Shown: piece by piece, positions 40,689 through 58,289 of the stretch
How positions within the stretch are numbered: the first letter of the stretch is position 1
Layout: every line of letters begins with the position of its first letter
Assembly: GCA_965153355.1 (NCBI GenBank)
Contig: OZ231126.1
Coordinates: 47,368,001-47,432,000 of the forward strand
Origin: Flaccisagitta enflata
Taxonomy: Eukaryota
Length of the DNA: 64,000 bases
Reading direction: 5' to 3'
The notes under the pieces: generated by a model
Told to the model about the DNA's origin: nothing
What the model saw: only the letters and a program-made list of their open reading frames with translations
Database searches by the model: none
Position numbers and translations under genes: made by a program

Positions 40689-42237
40689 AGAAAATTGACG
40701 ATCGCGCGTGACTCCGAAAATTCTGAGTCTCCTCTTTGCGATCTACCTTGCCTTCCCTTCATTCTACATTGTTTGATTTATGTGCCGCCAAAAAGCGACT
40801 TTTTTTTCTTTTCTCTCCTTTTTAGTCGCGTGCTGCGCGACTCTATACGCCAAATTTCGGTCGGTCCGTCCGTCGGTCCGTCGGTCCATTGGTCCATCGG
40901 TCAGTCCATCTATCTGTCCGTACGTCCGTCCATCACAAAGGCTTTTTATCGCGTTTTCTTGTCTCTGCTTAGTGGAGAAGAAGCTTGGATTAGGAAATAG
41001 CTGTTTAGAATGTCTTTTTGAAGAAAAAAAAACACGTTTTTTTTGTCTTTCTGCCTGACTGTTTTTGAAAGTGCCGACGCACGCGACTTCGGTCTAATGA
41101 CCTTGTTTCCCTTTTTTCCACATTTTTAGTTGCGGACATGGACACGCAACTCTATAAGAGGCTTTGTCCGTCCGTCCGTCCGTCCGTCCGTCCGTCCGTC
41201 CGTTGGTGTGCACGAGAAAAAAAGTGTGAAAACGCATATTTCCGCCCCTGCCCACCCGTCCACAACTGATGGCCGTGTATCCGGCCTTGTTCATTTCTGT
41301 TTTTCACGTTTTTTTTCTGTATTTTTCTATTTCGTACAGCCATCACTGGATCAAGGTGGTTGACTGAGTTCAGGTTACAAATTAGTTTGTTAATGAAAGA
41401 TGAACATCAAACAAAGCCTCGATGTTTTCACTCCCGTCGATGCTGCAAATTGCAGCCTGCAATACCTTGCAACGAAAGCTACTGAGGTGTTTATTCATTT
41501 GGATTTATTTGGGGAATGAATGCACGGAAGGAACAGCAACGACATAATTACATGTTACTTGATTAAATTACATGGGTGTGGGATTGCTACAAAGGAGCTA
41601 CTAAATGGATCAATTGAGAACTAAGCTTATGATAAGCGAAACAGTATCCCTCAATCTTGCATACTCAGAGTGAAATAAATGGAAAAGAGGGCCTTGCGAA
41701 CCCTCGCTGACTACTTAATACGCGCACCACTTCTAGTTTTCAATAAAACAGCGTCAGAAAATCCTCACTTGGACAAACCATCCAACCATTGCCCCGTTAA
41801 TTGAAGGCTTTCTATACGTTTCCCGTAGCGTGGCGTAGAGGTACCAATCGTGAACGCGCGCACGGGTCACGACGCACGTGAGAGACGGTATTTCTTTTTT
41901 TTTTCAAATGATCATCTCACCTGTTATGCAACGTTTGATTGTCTAACTGGTGAGTTTAATGGTCTGTCTGGTCCATCCGCGATTTAATGACTTTGCTCTC
42001 GCCTCTCTAAAAGCAATTACGCCTTGTACAATGTACATGTGATTTCTTTTTTCGCAAGCACAAACGCAAAAGAAAAAAGAAAAAAGAAAAAAAAAACAAG
42101 AAAAATAAGAAAAGAAAACTACGAAAAAATATTTTCATCGTTCATGGGTTCAACAGACGCGATTTGAGCTTTCATGGCTTCTGGACATTCTCCAAAATGC
42201 TCGATTTTTTTGTTACATAATAAAGTAAAACCTGCTA

Positions 42238-42410
42238 TTTAGTCGCGGACACGCGACACTACACCTTGCCGTGTCGGTCGGTCGGTAGGTCGGTTGGTCG
42301 GTAGGTCGGTCGGTCCGTTTGTCCGTCACATTTTTGAATTCCGAGCGGTTTTCGCATTACTGCTCCTGCCCAACCGTCCGCGACTGGATTGCCGTGTATC
42401 CGGCCTTGTT
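42238..42410 (+). mobile_element. HINE family A, young full-length copy
   Basis: Near-identical to reverse-strand copies at ~47609-47770 and ~59779-59946 outside the microsatellite. Confidence 0.8.
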
Positions 42411-42597
42411 GGAATAAAAGATTAATCATAGAGGATTTTGGTTATTTTTTGTTTTTTTTTTGGTGGTGATTTTGTCACGCGCAAGCATCATGGTTGATTC
42501 ATAACGTAAGAAAAAGTAAAAAAAAAATCAACACAAGCACGCTACACCAAAACTAACAAAGTCCTTCACTGCAATAATTCGATTTAACGTCAAGTAA

Positions 42598-42830
42598 AAC
42601 CCTCGGGTTGAGTTGTTGAATTTTGGTAACAAAGGAAACAGACATTAGCCCTTAACTACTTTGGAAAGGAGTTTTCTTTTGGGTTAAAGTGAGAGGGAAT
42701 GTTATTCAGATTCTGTTTTATGGAAAACTAGGAGTGATGCGCGTAGTAACTAGTCAGTGAGGGCTCACAAGGCCCTCTTCCATTTATTTTAGTTTGGGTA
42801 TAGTGAGGGATGTTGTTCCACCTGTCATAC
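42598..42830. repeat. ~235-bp segment duplicated at 42919-42966 + 46250-46433; possibly a LINE 3' remnant
   Basis: Near-identical sequence; diverged relatives at ~25870-25950 and (inverted) ~41640-41750; minus-strand frame reads YDRWNNIPH. Confidence 0.7.
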
Positions 42831-42966
42831 TACTCAGTACCTTGGATTGGAATGTCCGGCGGTCGCATTAAGCTTGACCTCGATTCTATCCTCTAAGGGT
42901 ATGGTTTCTTAACAATGTAACCCTCGGGTTGAGTTGTTGAATTTTGGTAACAAAGGAAACAGACAT

Positions 42967-46245
<3,279 letters not shown>

Positions 46246-46656
46246 ACATTAGCCCTTAACTACTTTGGTAAGGAGTTTTCTTTTGGGTTAAAGTGAGAGG
46301 GAATGTTATTCAGATTCTGTTTTATGGAAAACTAGGAGTGATGCGCGTAGTAACTAGTCAGTGAGGGCTCACAAGGCCCTCTTCCATTTATTTTAGTTTG
46401 GGTATAGTGAGGGATGTTGTTCCACCTGTCATACGAATGATTGTACCATGATTCGATATGAGCAAAACAAAAAGAACAAGTGACGCGGGGTCACGATGTC
46501 GTTGCGGACGGGTGGGCAGGGCTTCCAACCCCTATCCATACCCCCAGCCCCACCCCCACTCCCACACTTTTCGACTAGACCATTACGGACGGACGGACGG
46601 ACCAGTGGACAGACGGACATAGCCTCTTCTAGAGTTGAGTGTCCGCAACTAAAAAG

Positions 46657-47600
46657 CTAACTTGCTTGTAATGATCGAAATATGAGATGGGGATCTAAGA
46701 TAGAGAGTCGAAAGGAAGGAAGAAATTTCTCCCTGAATTTGCGTAAAAGTGGATCTTTTTTCGTTGCTTCTATCATCTCTCTACTGCAAATGCTTCCGTG
46801 ATTACCACCTCGATCACAAAAAGTTAATTAAATTTCCAAACTTTTGATGTACCTTGATATAAAAGAGAATAGAATCTATTATACAATTAACAATATAGTT
46901 TTTAGTTGTACAATATAGTTTTTAGTCGTACAATATAGTTTTTAGTCGTACAATTAACAATAAAGTTTTTAGTCGTATATAGTTTTTAGTCGTGTGCACG
47001 CTACTCTACAACCCGCTTTGTCCGTCGGTTGGTCGGTTGGTCGGTTGGTCTGTCACACTTTACTTTTTTTTATGATTTTCTTTCTTTAACCTCACTGCTC
47101 CAGCCCAAATGGTCTGGCGACCTCAAATATGGCCCCTGCCCACCCGCACGCGACTTCGGTAGCCCTGTATCCGGCCTTGTTTTTTTACATTGATGCATGA
47201 TTTACGTATAGAAACCCAGAGCAAAATTAAAATTTTGTTTTTGAATGATTTTAACAGTTTAACATCACCTTCATAATCTTACATATTGAAAAGAAATCTT
47301 TTTTGAACTTACATCTATGAAAGTCGAAGAATTATGCTTTTTTCTATTTTTTTTTCTTTTTGCATAGTATTTGCGATTTCGCAGTCGTCGATAATGAATA
47401 ACACATGTTTTCTTCTTAATTGGATCCACTCTGGGAGGAGGCTCAAGCAACATCGTAGAAAAATTTTTTTTCAGTATTTCTGGCGTTTTAAAAATTTTGG
47501 TTGTTTTGTTTAGTTGGTGGAAACTATGCGTACTTATGTATCTTTTGCACCTATGCCTGTATACTGGTCCGTAACCCTTAAGAGTAACATTGAACAAATC
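46657..47600 (-). CDS. Candidate C-terminal exons of a GT92/DUF23-like gene or pseudogene (47600-47313; 46808-46657)
   Basis: TTTCAG acceptor, 96 open codons with TKIFKTPE...CVIHYRR, GTAAGT donor; next segment CSREMIEATKKDPLLRKFREKFL; the junction phases (0 vs 1) do not match. Confidence 0.4.
46983..47182 (+). mobile_element. HINE family A subfamily copy, closely similar to the inverted copy at ~59483-59682
   Basis: Shared CACACTTTACTTTTTTT...CCTCAAATATGGCCCCTGCCCACCCG core. Confidence 0.75.
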
Positions 47601-50600
47601 CTGAAATAAACAAGGCCGGATACACGGCAATCCAGTCGCGGACGGTTAGGCAGGAGCAGTAATGCGAAAACCGCTCGGAATTCAAAAATGTGACGGACGG
47701 ACCGACGGACCGACTTACCGACTCACCGTCCGACACGGCAAGGTGTAGAGTCGCGTGTCCGCGACGGAAAACTTCCTGACTTTCTTCACATCAAACAAGG
47801 CCTACACCCATTATATAAGTCGCGTGCATGACAATCATGACTTTGGATGACTAAAATTGACTTTAAATGACTCATTATGACTTAAAATAACTAATAAAGA
47901 CTTAAAATGATGTAAATTGACTTAGGTAAATGACCAAATTGACCTAATCTATTTGAGTGACTTGATATAACTTAAAATGACTAAGAATGACTTAGAATGT
48001 CTAGAAATGACCTAAAATGATTAAAAAAGACTTAAAGTAATAAAAATAGTGAAGCTTGACAAACGGGCGGATGAACAAACTGATGGACGAATGAACGAAG
48101 CGGATTGTTGAGTCGCATGCACGCGACTAAAAAAAGATATGATATACAAGATCGCATATATGGTGGAACAAGGCCGTAGACACGGTCGCGGACAGGTGGG
48201 CAGGAACGAAAAACCTCAAAAAGCGACTTTGTGATGGATGGACCGACGGACTGACCAAAAAGAGGCTTTTAGAGTCGCGTTTCCGTGACTAAAAATGACA
48301 TTGTTTTTGGGATTCACACTTTTGGGATCCATAAGCTTTTCATGATTTCATTACTAATGAGGATTTTAGACATAACAGGGTAAGCAAAAATTTTTGCACA
48401 ACTCTGATAAAGCATTGAAAAACATTGCAATGCAGGGCAAATTTCATCATGATATGAATCAAAAACCAAACTTCAGTAATTCAGTATGCTTATGAGCCAA
48501 TACTGTTGGTTATAGGCAATAGATGAGGTCTGGAAAATGAATCATTGTAATGGTCACATTAAGACTATGTGCCATGATTTTGACTGTTTCCTTGATCAAG
48601 TGGCATCGGTTTTTCTTCATCTTGTTAGACAATTCTAATCCTACTGACCCAATCATCAGTTGTTATGACTATCTGACATCAAGGTAACATATTTTGTATG
48701 ATAATGACTTGCAGGGGACGCCATGCATGAGAAAAACAATGGACTTAGTAGAATTTTTTTATCCCCAAATTTGGCTGGTAAAATTATTGCAAAATCTGAC
48801 TGTGTGGTTCAACTTTGATGCCTTCTAACGGAAACAGCAATTGGACAAGTGAATGACGGCTCATAACACTGCACTCTTCTACGATTCCTTGATTTTCGGT
48901 ATTTGGACGAAAAACCTCGTTTGCCTGGAAAAGGCGGTTTACCCCTGGATTCTTTTCATAGTTTCTACACTGGGCATTTATGTAAGGGGAATGCGTCAGT
49001 TGTATACGACAAAGTGGGCTTCTCATTAAGCAGTGACACCAATAGCAGTATAATAGAGATACAGAAGTCAGTGTTTCGAATAGAAAGCTATTAATGAGTG
49101 CTCATTCCACGGGAAATGCTTTAGCAAGTGAGCAAGCGAATGGGCTTGGGGTAGCTTAGAATCCAACTGCGATTAAAATCAAAATGCCTTTGCTATCTTT
49201 AAGCACATCTACACAACATACTACACTTTTTAAAAGAACAGGTAACGACGGCAAAAACAGGGTCAGAGCGGGTTTCTAGTGAATCCAACAATTGCGTTCA
49301 TCCCATCAATCACGTTTGTAGTGAGGACCCGTTCACACATTTATGAGTCTCAACCTACCCATGAGGGAGCGAGTAAAGTGTGTGTGCGAGCTTGTGAACG
49401 GATTGCGGGCAAGTTTTTGTAGCAAGTAAGTGGAGTGAGCAGTCCAAGTGAATAAACGTAGCAAGCAACCGAGTGGCCCATTTAAAGGAGTATTTGTCTG
49501 TAGAAACAGTAGTCGGGAAAAAAGTCGAAGTCAGTCTTCTACTTTTTGACATATTCGAGAAAAACGGGGTTTTCATTTTCTTATAAGGAAGTTGAGGGTC
49601 TCGATTGAGCGATTGGGGCATCCAATGAAATTGATAGGGTAAGTAAATTTGATAATTCTCTTTCATTTGGCGCCAAGCAGAATGCTCTACGACAAATATT
49701 TTTTGCGCTATGATTTTTTAAAGATTTATTTATGAAAAATTTGAATGAAATTTTTTTGATTTTTTACGATTTTGTGTAGGATCAATAAAAGTGTGTATTT
49801 ATGTTTGTTTGAGCATGCAAATACAAGGAAACATGTTTATGAGCACAGCTGCTCATCTGTGAGGGCTTTTTTGAGCATTTTAGCTTACTTAGCTTATTTA
49901 GCTCAGTTTTTTTTTTAATGTGATAAATGAATAGATATTTTGATACATGTTTAAGAAAGCAGATACAAAAAAGCATATCAGTGAACATAACTGCTCATCT
50001 GTGGGGTGCTTTTAAACATTTTAGCTCACTTAGCTCACTTAGCTCATTTAACTCAGTCTTTTTTCTTCTGATTTTTAATGGGATAAATAAATGTTTTGAT
50101 GGGAGCATGTAAATACAAGAAAGCATATCAGTGAGCATAGCTGATTGTCTGGTTGAGTGATTTTGAGCATTGTAGCTCATCTAGCTCATTTGGCTCAGTC
50201 CTATTTTTCTCTGATTTTCAGTGCAATCAATACATACAATTGCTCTTGATTTGATCTAATAGAAAAAAAGATTTGCAGTGACTAAAGACAAAAACTTGGT
50301 GAAAAGTGACCAAAGCTTACGACTTTTTTCCTCACGGCGACAGCCGCCATTACTGGTATACCGATCCATTTGCGAAGTGATGTAATAACCAAACAAGGCC
50401 GGATACACGGTAATCCAGTCGCGGACGGTTGGGCAGGAGCGGTAATTCAAAGACCGATCGCAAGTTTAGAAATATTTGTGACGGACCGACCGACCGACAC
50501 AAGGTGTAGAGTCGCGTGTCCGCTAAAAAAAGGTATTTTTTGAAATCACTACCCCTGCGTAGTGTTCAACCATCTGTAACTGTTGTTGTGTGTACAGCCT

Positions 50601-50849
50601 TGTTTCGTTGACAAAATGCCTTCCATGTGCTATATCTTCCTGATACAACCACCGCCAAAACTTTCATCCCCTCCGCTGCTGCCGCCTCCGCCTGTAACTG
50701 ACGGACAGAAGAATTGATCAAATACAGTCGCGTGCAGGTTGGCAGGTTGGCAGGTTGTTTAATTGAGTGAGGTCAAAGACGCATGCGACTAAAGAGGGGA
50801 CCAAACGACCGATTGACCGACGGAAAGAAGGACATAGTGAGGTGTAGAG

Positions 50850-51197
50850 TACGTCCCGTGAAGCGCCCCAAACTTTGACTATGGCTCTCACCAATCTTAC
50901 CACAGTTGAGGCTTGGTAAAAAAACATTCCATGCAAAATTTTAAGCCTCTGAGATAGCAGGAACCTTCGTCAGGGTGAGGTTGAAGTTTGTATTGAATTA
51001 GCATTGGAATCAATATTTCTATTATGCAAATTTTGTCTCTGCCATAGGTTTCTATGGAAACTTCATGGTCACCCTGACAAAGGTTCCTGCTGTTCCAGAG
51101 GCCTGAAATTTTGCATGGGATGTTTTTTTACCAAGCCTCAACCATGGTAAGATTGGTGAGAGTCAGCGTCGAAGTTTGGGGCGGTTCATGGGACGTA
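50850..51197. mobile_element. 348-bp palindromic MITE with 8-bp TSD (hAT-like) inserted into a HINE
   Basis: GTGTAGAG|TACGTCCC ... GGGACGTA|GTGTAGAG; ~130-bp inverted arms. Confidence 0.85.
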
Positions 51198-51421
51198 GTG
51201 TAGAGTCGCTTAGCGCACGACTAAAAAGCTTAATCTCTGACATTGTTTCATAAGAACTTATCAGTTTTTAAGTGCGTCCTCGCACTTCTATAAGAGGTCA
51301 TGTCCGTCGGTTGGTTGGTTGGTTGGTTGGTCGGTCACCCAAACGTTTGAAATGCGCAAAACGGCTGATTCTGACGTATTTCTTCATTCCTATCACCTTT
51401 CATGCCTCACCACATTCATCG

Positions 51422-51521
51422 TCATTCATTCATTCATTCATTCATTCATTCATTCATTCATTCATTCATTCATTCATTCATTCATTCATTCATTCATTCA
51501 TTCATTCTTTCATTCATTCAT
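51422..51521. repeat. (TCAT)n microsatellite inside a HINE-like element
   Basis: Direct reading. Confidence 0.95.
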
Positions 51522-51809
51522 AAAAAACGTTTATTCATAAAAAACGTTCATTCACAAATTCGAGGCGCACTTATTGGCCTTCACTTGGCCTTGTTAGTCG
51601 CGTGCTACGCAACTCTACACCCCGCTTAGTGACCTTCTCCATTACTGCCCCTGCCAACCAGCACCGAGCATCCGGCCTTGTTTTTGGTATGTACTGCTTA
51701 ATCTCTCCGTCTGTCTCCGTCTGTTGCTGTCTGTCTCTGTCTGTCTCCGTCTGTCTCTCTCTGTCTGTCTCTCTCTGTCTCCGTCTGTCTCTCTCTCTCT
51801 CTTTCTCTC

Positions 51810-51942
<133 letters not shown>

Positions 51943-54060
51943 TATGGCAAAATAAAATAACATAGAACTTTTTTTTTCATTAAATGAATCTTGAATCATT
52001 TCAAAACAACAAGTAATACAAGGGAGCGCTGACATCTTTTAATGTTGCAACTGGTTTTGTCACGTTGTTTCTTCACAAACGCAAACGCCACAATTCTGCA
52101 TCATCTGTGAATAAAAAGATGTTCGCAATTTTGGTTGAAAGCAAGAGTAACTTTTTACGTTTTATGTTTCTAGTCGCGTGCACACAACTCTTTCACCCGC
52201 ATTGTCGTTCTATGAGCCGCTATGTCCGTCGATCGGATAGGAATTCTTTACAACTACAGCATTGATGACGCAGTGCCTAGATCAAGTTCAAATTATTTTT
52301 TCTTTTGAATGCCCACATTGTACCCATTCTAATTAACATGGGAAGAATTGGCAACATTTTGACATTGCCATCAGGCTGAATTAGGCATCATGAGAATCAA
52401 ATTGAAATAAAATCTTCTTTCTACCCAAAAATACTAGTTAACAGCCATCTCTAGTTACTGGAGCACATTTCCCGCCTAGATGTTGAACATAACGGGTGGT
52501 CTTCAAAAAAGTAGTTTTTAATTTCATTAGTATCACTTTTCAAATATTTTCTAACTAGAAAATTGTATTTAGTTATGACAGAAAATTTTTGAAAGAAAAT
52601 GAAGTGTTTCATCATACTTTTTGCAATATTATCAGGACAATAATGAAGCTGCAACGCTTTTAGTGGACAAATTGTCTCTAAAGACACTTGGTATATATAT
52701 TTCTATCATATCCTGACTTAAAATGTAATTTGAACTTTGCGATTCACATGAAAACAAGCATGAAAATGATGTTTTTAGTGAATTTATGCTTACACTTTTT
52801 TTCATTTTCTGAGGTCAAAATTCTAAGAAAGCTAAACACATAGAAAGTTTGTATTTTGAAAAACATAGTTCTCACTGTAATTGATTTGGGAAAAGAATTA
52901 TGTTTTTTGTTTTTTTTTATTTTTTCATTTCCTAAGCAAATTTAGAATTTTGACCAACCAGTACAAATTTTCAAGACAATTTTTTTTTGGTAAAATTGGC
53001 TAAACTTGGTCCTCTTGCTAGATAAATGCAGATTTTCTTTCAAATATTATGTATTTTATATCATTCACTAATTTGTGCATTTTCATTTATATATTTTTTC
53101 TATTTAGACCCTCTTTGAAACACAAATGTTGCCTTTGGAGGGAAGCCGTCTTATGTAGATATGATCATGGCCTAAATATTTCATTATGAGCACTTTTTAT
53201 GAAGATCAATATTTTTTTAGTTATGTCAAAAAAACTGACTTGAATTATTGTCTATCTAAAAAATTTTATTCAAATTTGACTAAAGAGCAGTGTTTTCTAC
53301 CAAGTTTACTTTTGAATGATGGTAGTGGAATGAAAGTATGTCTTGAAAAAATATAAAAACCAGGAATTTTTTTAATAAAAGACCAAATATACGCTTAAAA
53401 CATCAAACATAAACATTTATCACTTTTAATCAAAAATAGGTAATAATGCTAAAAAAAAGATTTTGGTTAAAAGTATATGATACAAATATGTATTTTTAAA
53501 ATTATAAAAGGCACTATTTAATATGGTTACTAAATAAGCAATCAAAGACATTATCTAAACAAAGAGCTACCTTTTTTATGTCCACCCAGTATTTTAGAGC
53601 AGGTACTTGCAAAATGGAGATACCTTGCAATGAATCGGCTTGAATTTCATGACGAACTTGAGCATAATTTTCCTTTTGCATATTGCGAGAATGCAATGTT
53701 GTTTCCATTTGATGAAGTTCGCACGATCCCGATTAGCAGCATATCCTTTTATTAATACATGGAATATGATGAATCAATTTGAAATCAGACATACATATTG
53801 ATTTAGACCATTTAGACTTTTTGGTTGCGTGCATGCGACTCTATAATCCGTTGGTCAGTCCATATGTCTGTCCGTCCGTCCATCAGTCAGTCCATCCGTC
53901 ACTGTTCGTTTTTCCGACAACTGTTTTAAGCTATACACCCAAAATACACCCAAAATAGAAATAGCTAACGCTCATACTCACGCTCTCATAGAGTGGATTA
54001 ACGAGCATTTAAAACAATGAAGGGGGTTAAACAACTTGAGTGAAAAAGCATATTGCTAAA

Positions 54061-54062
<2 letters not shown>

Positions 54063-54136
<74 letters not shown>

Positions 54137-54395
54137 GACCGTGTGTGTGTGAGACCGTGTGTGTGCGTGACTGTGTGTGTGTGCGTGACCGTGTGTGTGC
54201 GTGTGTGACCGTGTGTGTGTTTGTGCGTGACCGTGTGTGTGTCTGTGTGTGACCGTGTGTGTGACTGTGTGTGTTTGATCGTGTGTGTGTGACTGTGTGT
54301 GCGACCGTGTGCGTGTGACTGTGTGTGCGACCGTGTGCGTGTGACTGTGTGTGCGACCGTGTGCGTGTGACCGTGTGCGTGTGACTGTGTGTGTT
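54063..54395. repeat. (GT)n grading into higher-order GTGTGACC/GTGTGACT units
   Basis: Direct reading. Confidence 0.95.
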
Positions 54396-55319
54396 TGTTC
54401 GGGTCCATTTTCACTATTACTGATATTTTCGTTGCTTAAAAAAACGATTGTGATACCTTTGTATGACTTCAATTTGGCATACACGTGCTGCAGATGACTT
54501 CATTCTTGCAACCTTGCTTTTTCAATTCGTGATCGACGCGCAGATCTTCAGAATTAATCACTTAATGGCAGGAAAAAAATCTCTTAAAAAATGCCATCTT
54601 GTAAATAAGAAAAAAAAGTATCGCGAGTTTAATTGTAACCGCATTTTCACGGTACACAAGAATCTTAGTGATTTCCAGTTTAACGAGGTTTAGCCGCGAT
54701 CTGCTTCGTGATTCTATTACGTCACCTTGGAAGAGTGACTGAGTAAAAGAACTAGTTGTGGGGTTATGATCCAAATTTCATCATCTTAAAGCACCTAAAA
54801 GTGCTGTTTCTATACTCATATGTTTGTGCAAATTTTTTTGCTCATCCTGTCAAATGGATTTGTCCTCTCCAGCCCTGCAGCCGTGACAGGAATGATTGAG
54901 AAAATATCATATCTTGACCGAAATACTTGACCACTTGAATGACTTGACATGAATAAACGTCCGTTTCTTGTATCAATGGTCCGTCCAAATTTCCGAATTT
55001 CCGTTAGTTATTACCTGTTTAAGATTTTTCTCAGTTTTCTGTGGTGTCGCATTGGTCATGGAAGCGCATACTTTCATCAATCGCTCTGTCTGATCGAGTC
55101 TTTCGTCTCTCTTCTCAATTTTGTGTCAATCCTTCCGGGTTTAAAGATAAATCATTTATGTTGACATGATCATTTTCCCTCACTCCTTCCATTTCAGGGT
55201 GATTTTGAGGGCTCTGGGCTCTTCCCTGTTCTTACCTCATCCAGAGCAACAGTGAAAAATCCTCTTGTCTTGATTGACGACAACTCAACTTAAATTGATG
55301 AAATCTGGGTTCTGACATA

Positions 55320-56060
55320 AGGCAGCAGTAAGGTAAGATATGAATGAAACGGATTTCCATATGTTTAGTACATTTCTAGGCGCTATGGGCCCAATCGGCC
55401 GAAAGAACATTACACAACATTACACTACAACCAAAATAAAGATAAAGATAAGGACAAGAGCCTTGGGAGCTCTTACTGGTGTTTCATGCGCACCCCTCAC
55501 AGCTATCCTCAGAATTATCAAAAATCCATCTTAATCCTTACCAAGGAGCGGCTCAACAGATACTAATAAACAGCAAGAAAGACCTATGATTGTCAGCTAT
55601 TTATGAAATGTGCAAGTGACAAGAAAGAGTACCAGATTTGTGTGCTGAATTGTGACCCATGCATCCCTCAAACCTATCTGATCTTCCCATTGTAAAATGC
55701 TCATGACATCCATAACCTTAAATCAAGATTTTTCCCGCAAATTGAGAATAATCCACCAAGTTACTCCGAGTCAACCCCTAACTCTCAATTATAGTAACTA
55801 ATATTTATCCAAATTTGAGCAAAACAAATTACCAAAGTTAAGTATATCATCAAAAGACAATGTAGTTACCAAAGGCAATGTTGTGAAGAAACCATACCAT
55901 AAAGGCATATAGTGTACATCAACTCAACAATTCATACTCAACAGTTCCAATCTAGGAGACTGACAGAGGATTTCAACACAACGAGATACACTAAAAACAC
56001 AAAAAGATCATCACTATTGATTAAGGATTGATTCAACACGTGTAATGTTAAGAGTGGCCT
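55320..56060 (-). mobile_element. Possible decayed LINE 3' end
   Basis: 55405-55500 is homologous to ~35020-35110; no intact ORF; class assignment is inference. Confidence 0.3.
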
Positions 56061-56214
56061 GTTTTCACAAAGAAAAATCAAAATGTAAATGAGATGTAAG
56101 CGATCCTCGATGATAAATGTCCCTTTCTTTCCCCAATCATTTTCTAACGATTAGATGAAGCAATTTTGGGTCAATCAACTGGGCGACCCTTTTGATTGCC
56201 AACGACATATACAT

Positions 56215-57042
<828 letters not shown>

Positions 57043-58289
57043 GAAATAGTCTTTATGATGACTTTATTCTTTATTTCAGGAGTTATTCGTCGATTTTTTG
57101 GTTTTCCAAACGTGACTTCGATTGCAAAAGGATCGAAATGAGGTCAGTGACATGATTGATCTTTCAGTGACTAGTGATGTTTGCTCATAAGTTGTTTTTT
57201 TTTGTTCCTGTTTGGTCATTAGATCATTTTAATAAACGTTTTTCGTTTTGCGTGCTCATTTGTTTTTTGATAGGTTGCTTGAAAATTGTAATTTGTTTTT
57301 TTTTTTCAATTTGTTTTGTATATGTACTGTTGAGCTTCACTAGAGCCCATTTCAAGGGACTGAACAAAATTATGCCTTGAAGGGAAGCTGCTTTATTGCC
57401 ATTATAGAAATAATAATAAAATCTTTCATGGGTCAGTAGGTTGCATGCCTTATAAGCGGACATGCCTTATTAGCGGGTGCGCTCTTGCGGTATTCCACTG
57501 TATGATAATACTTTGAATACTTTTTATGTTCATGTTGGTTTGTCATTTCATATGTGTTTTTATGTTCATGTTCATTTTCATATACATGTATAATTCAATA
57601 ATTGGTACAAATGAATAAATCGACGAGGTTTTTAGTTTTACAGACTTTCTAGGCGGGTTTTCATTTAGGGTGAGGGCCTAGGGGTAGGGTTAGGGATGGG
57701 GTTGGGGATGGTTTTAAGGTTAGGGCTAGCGTTAGGGCTAGGTGAGGGTTGGGTTTCATACATCACAACCCAAATCTGCTCCAATTAAAGCTTCGCCCTT
57801 ACATGAACCCCCCCCCCCAAAAAAAACAAAAAAAAAAAAAAAAAAAAAAAAAGATTTGAATCCTTTTAGAAAAAAGTTTCCAGTAATTCAATATAATTTC
57901 TATGTGAAATAGTAAATGTCAAGTAATATCTGACCATGAACTAATTTTGATTTTTGTGCATAATTTTGACCTAAAGTCTTGATTCTTTCCCCAATTAAAA
58001 AAATCTCACCCTGTACAGACTTCCAAACGCCCAAGGTGCAAGGCCGTTGCTAACTTACAAACACCTAGCTGGCGTCACTACATCCACTGAAATCTATTTA
58101 TAAGAATACACTATTTCCATTGAGAAGATAAAATAAAGCTTGAACTGCATATTTTTGCTAAAATCGATGTCCGATTGTTGATGATGAAAAAAAGAAGGTA
58201 CAATTCTGACCAAAGACATTGGGTTATTGGAATGAAACTTTGCAGATGATCTATCAAAGCGACGGACTGTCTTATATTGCTTTTACTTA

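Noticed and set aside
55015-55311. Two-exon minus-strand gene fragment (55311-55236, 55131-55015)
   Set aside because: Good donors, but the phase-2 join reaches a stop in the second exon; no recognisable motif
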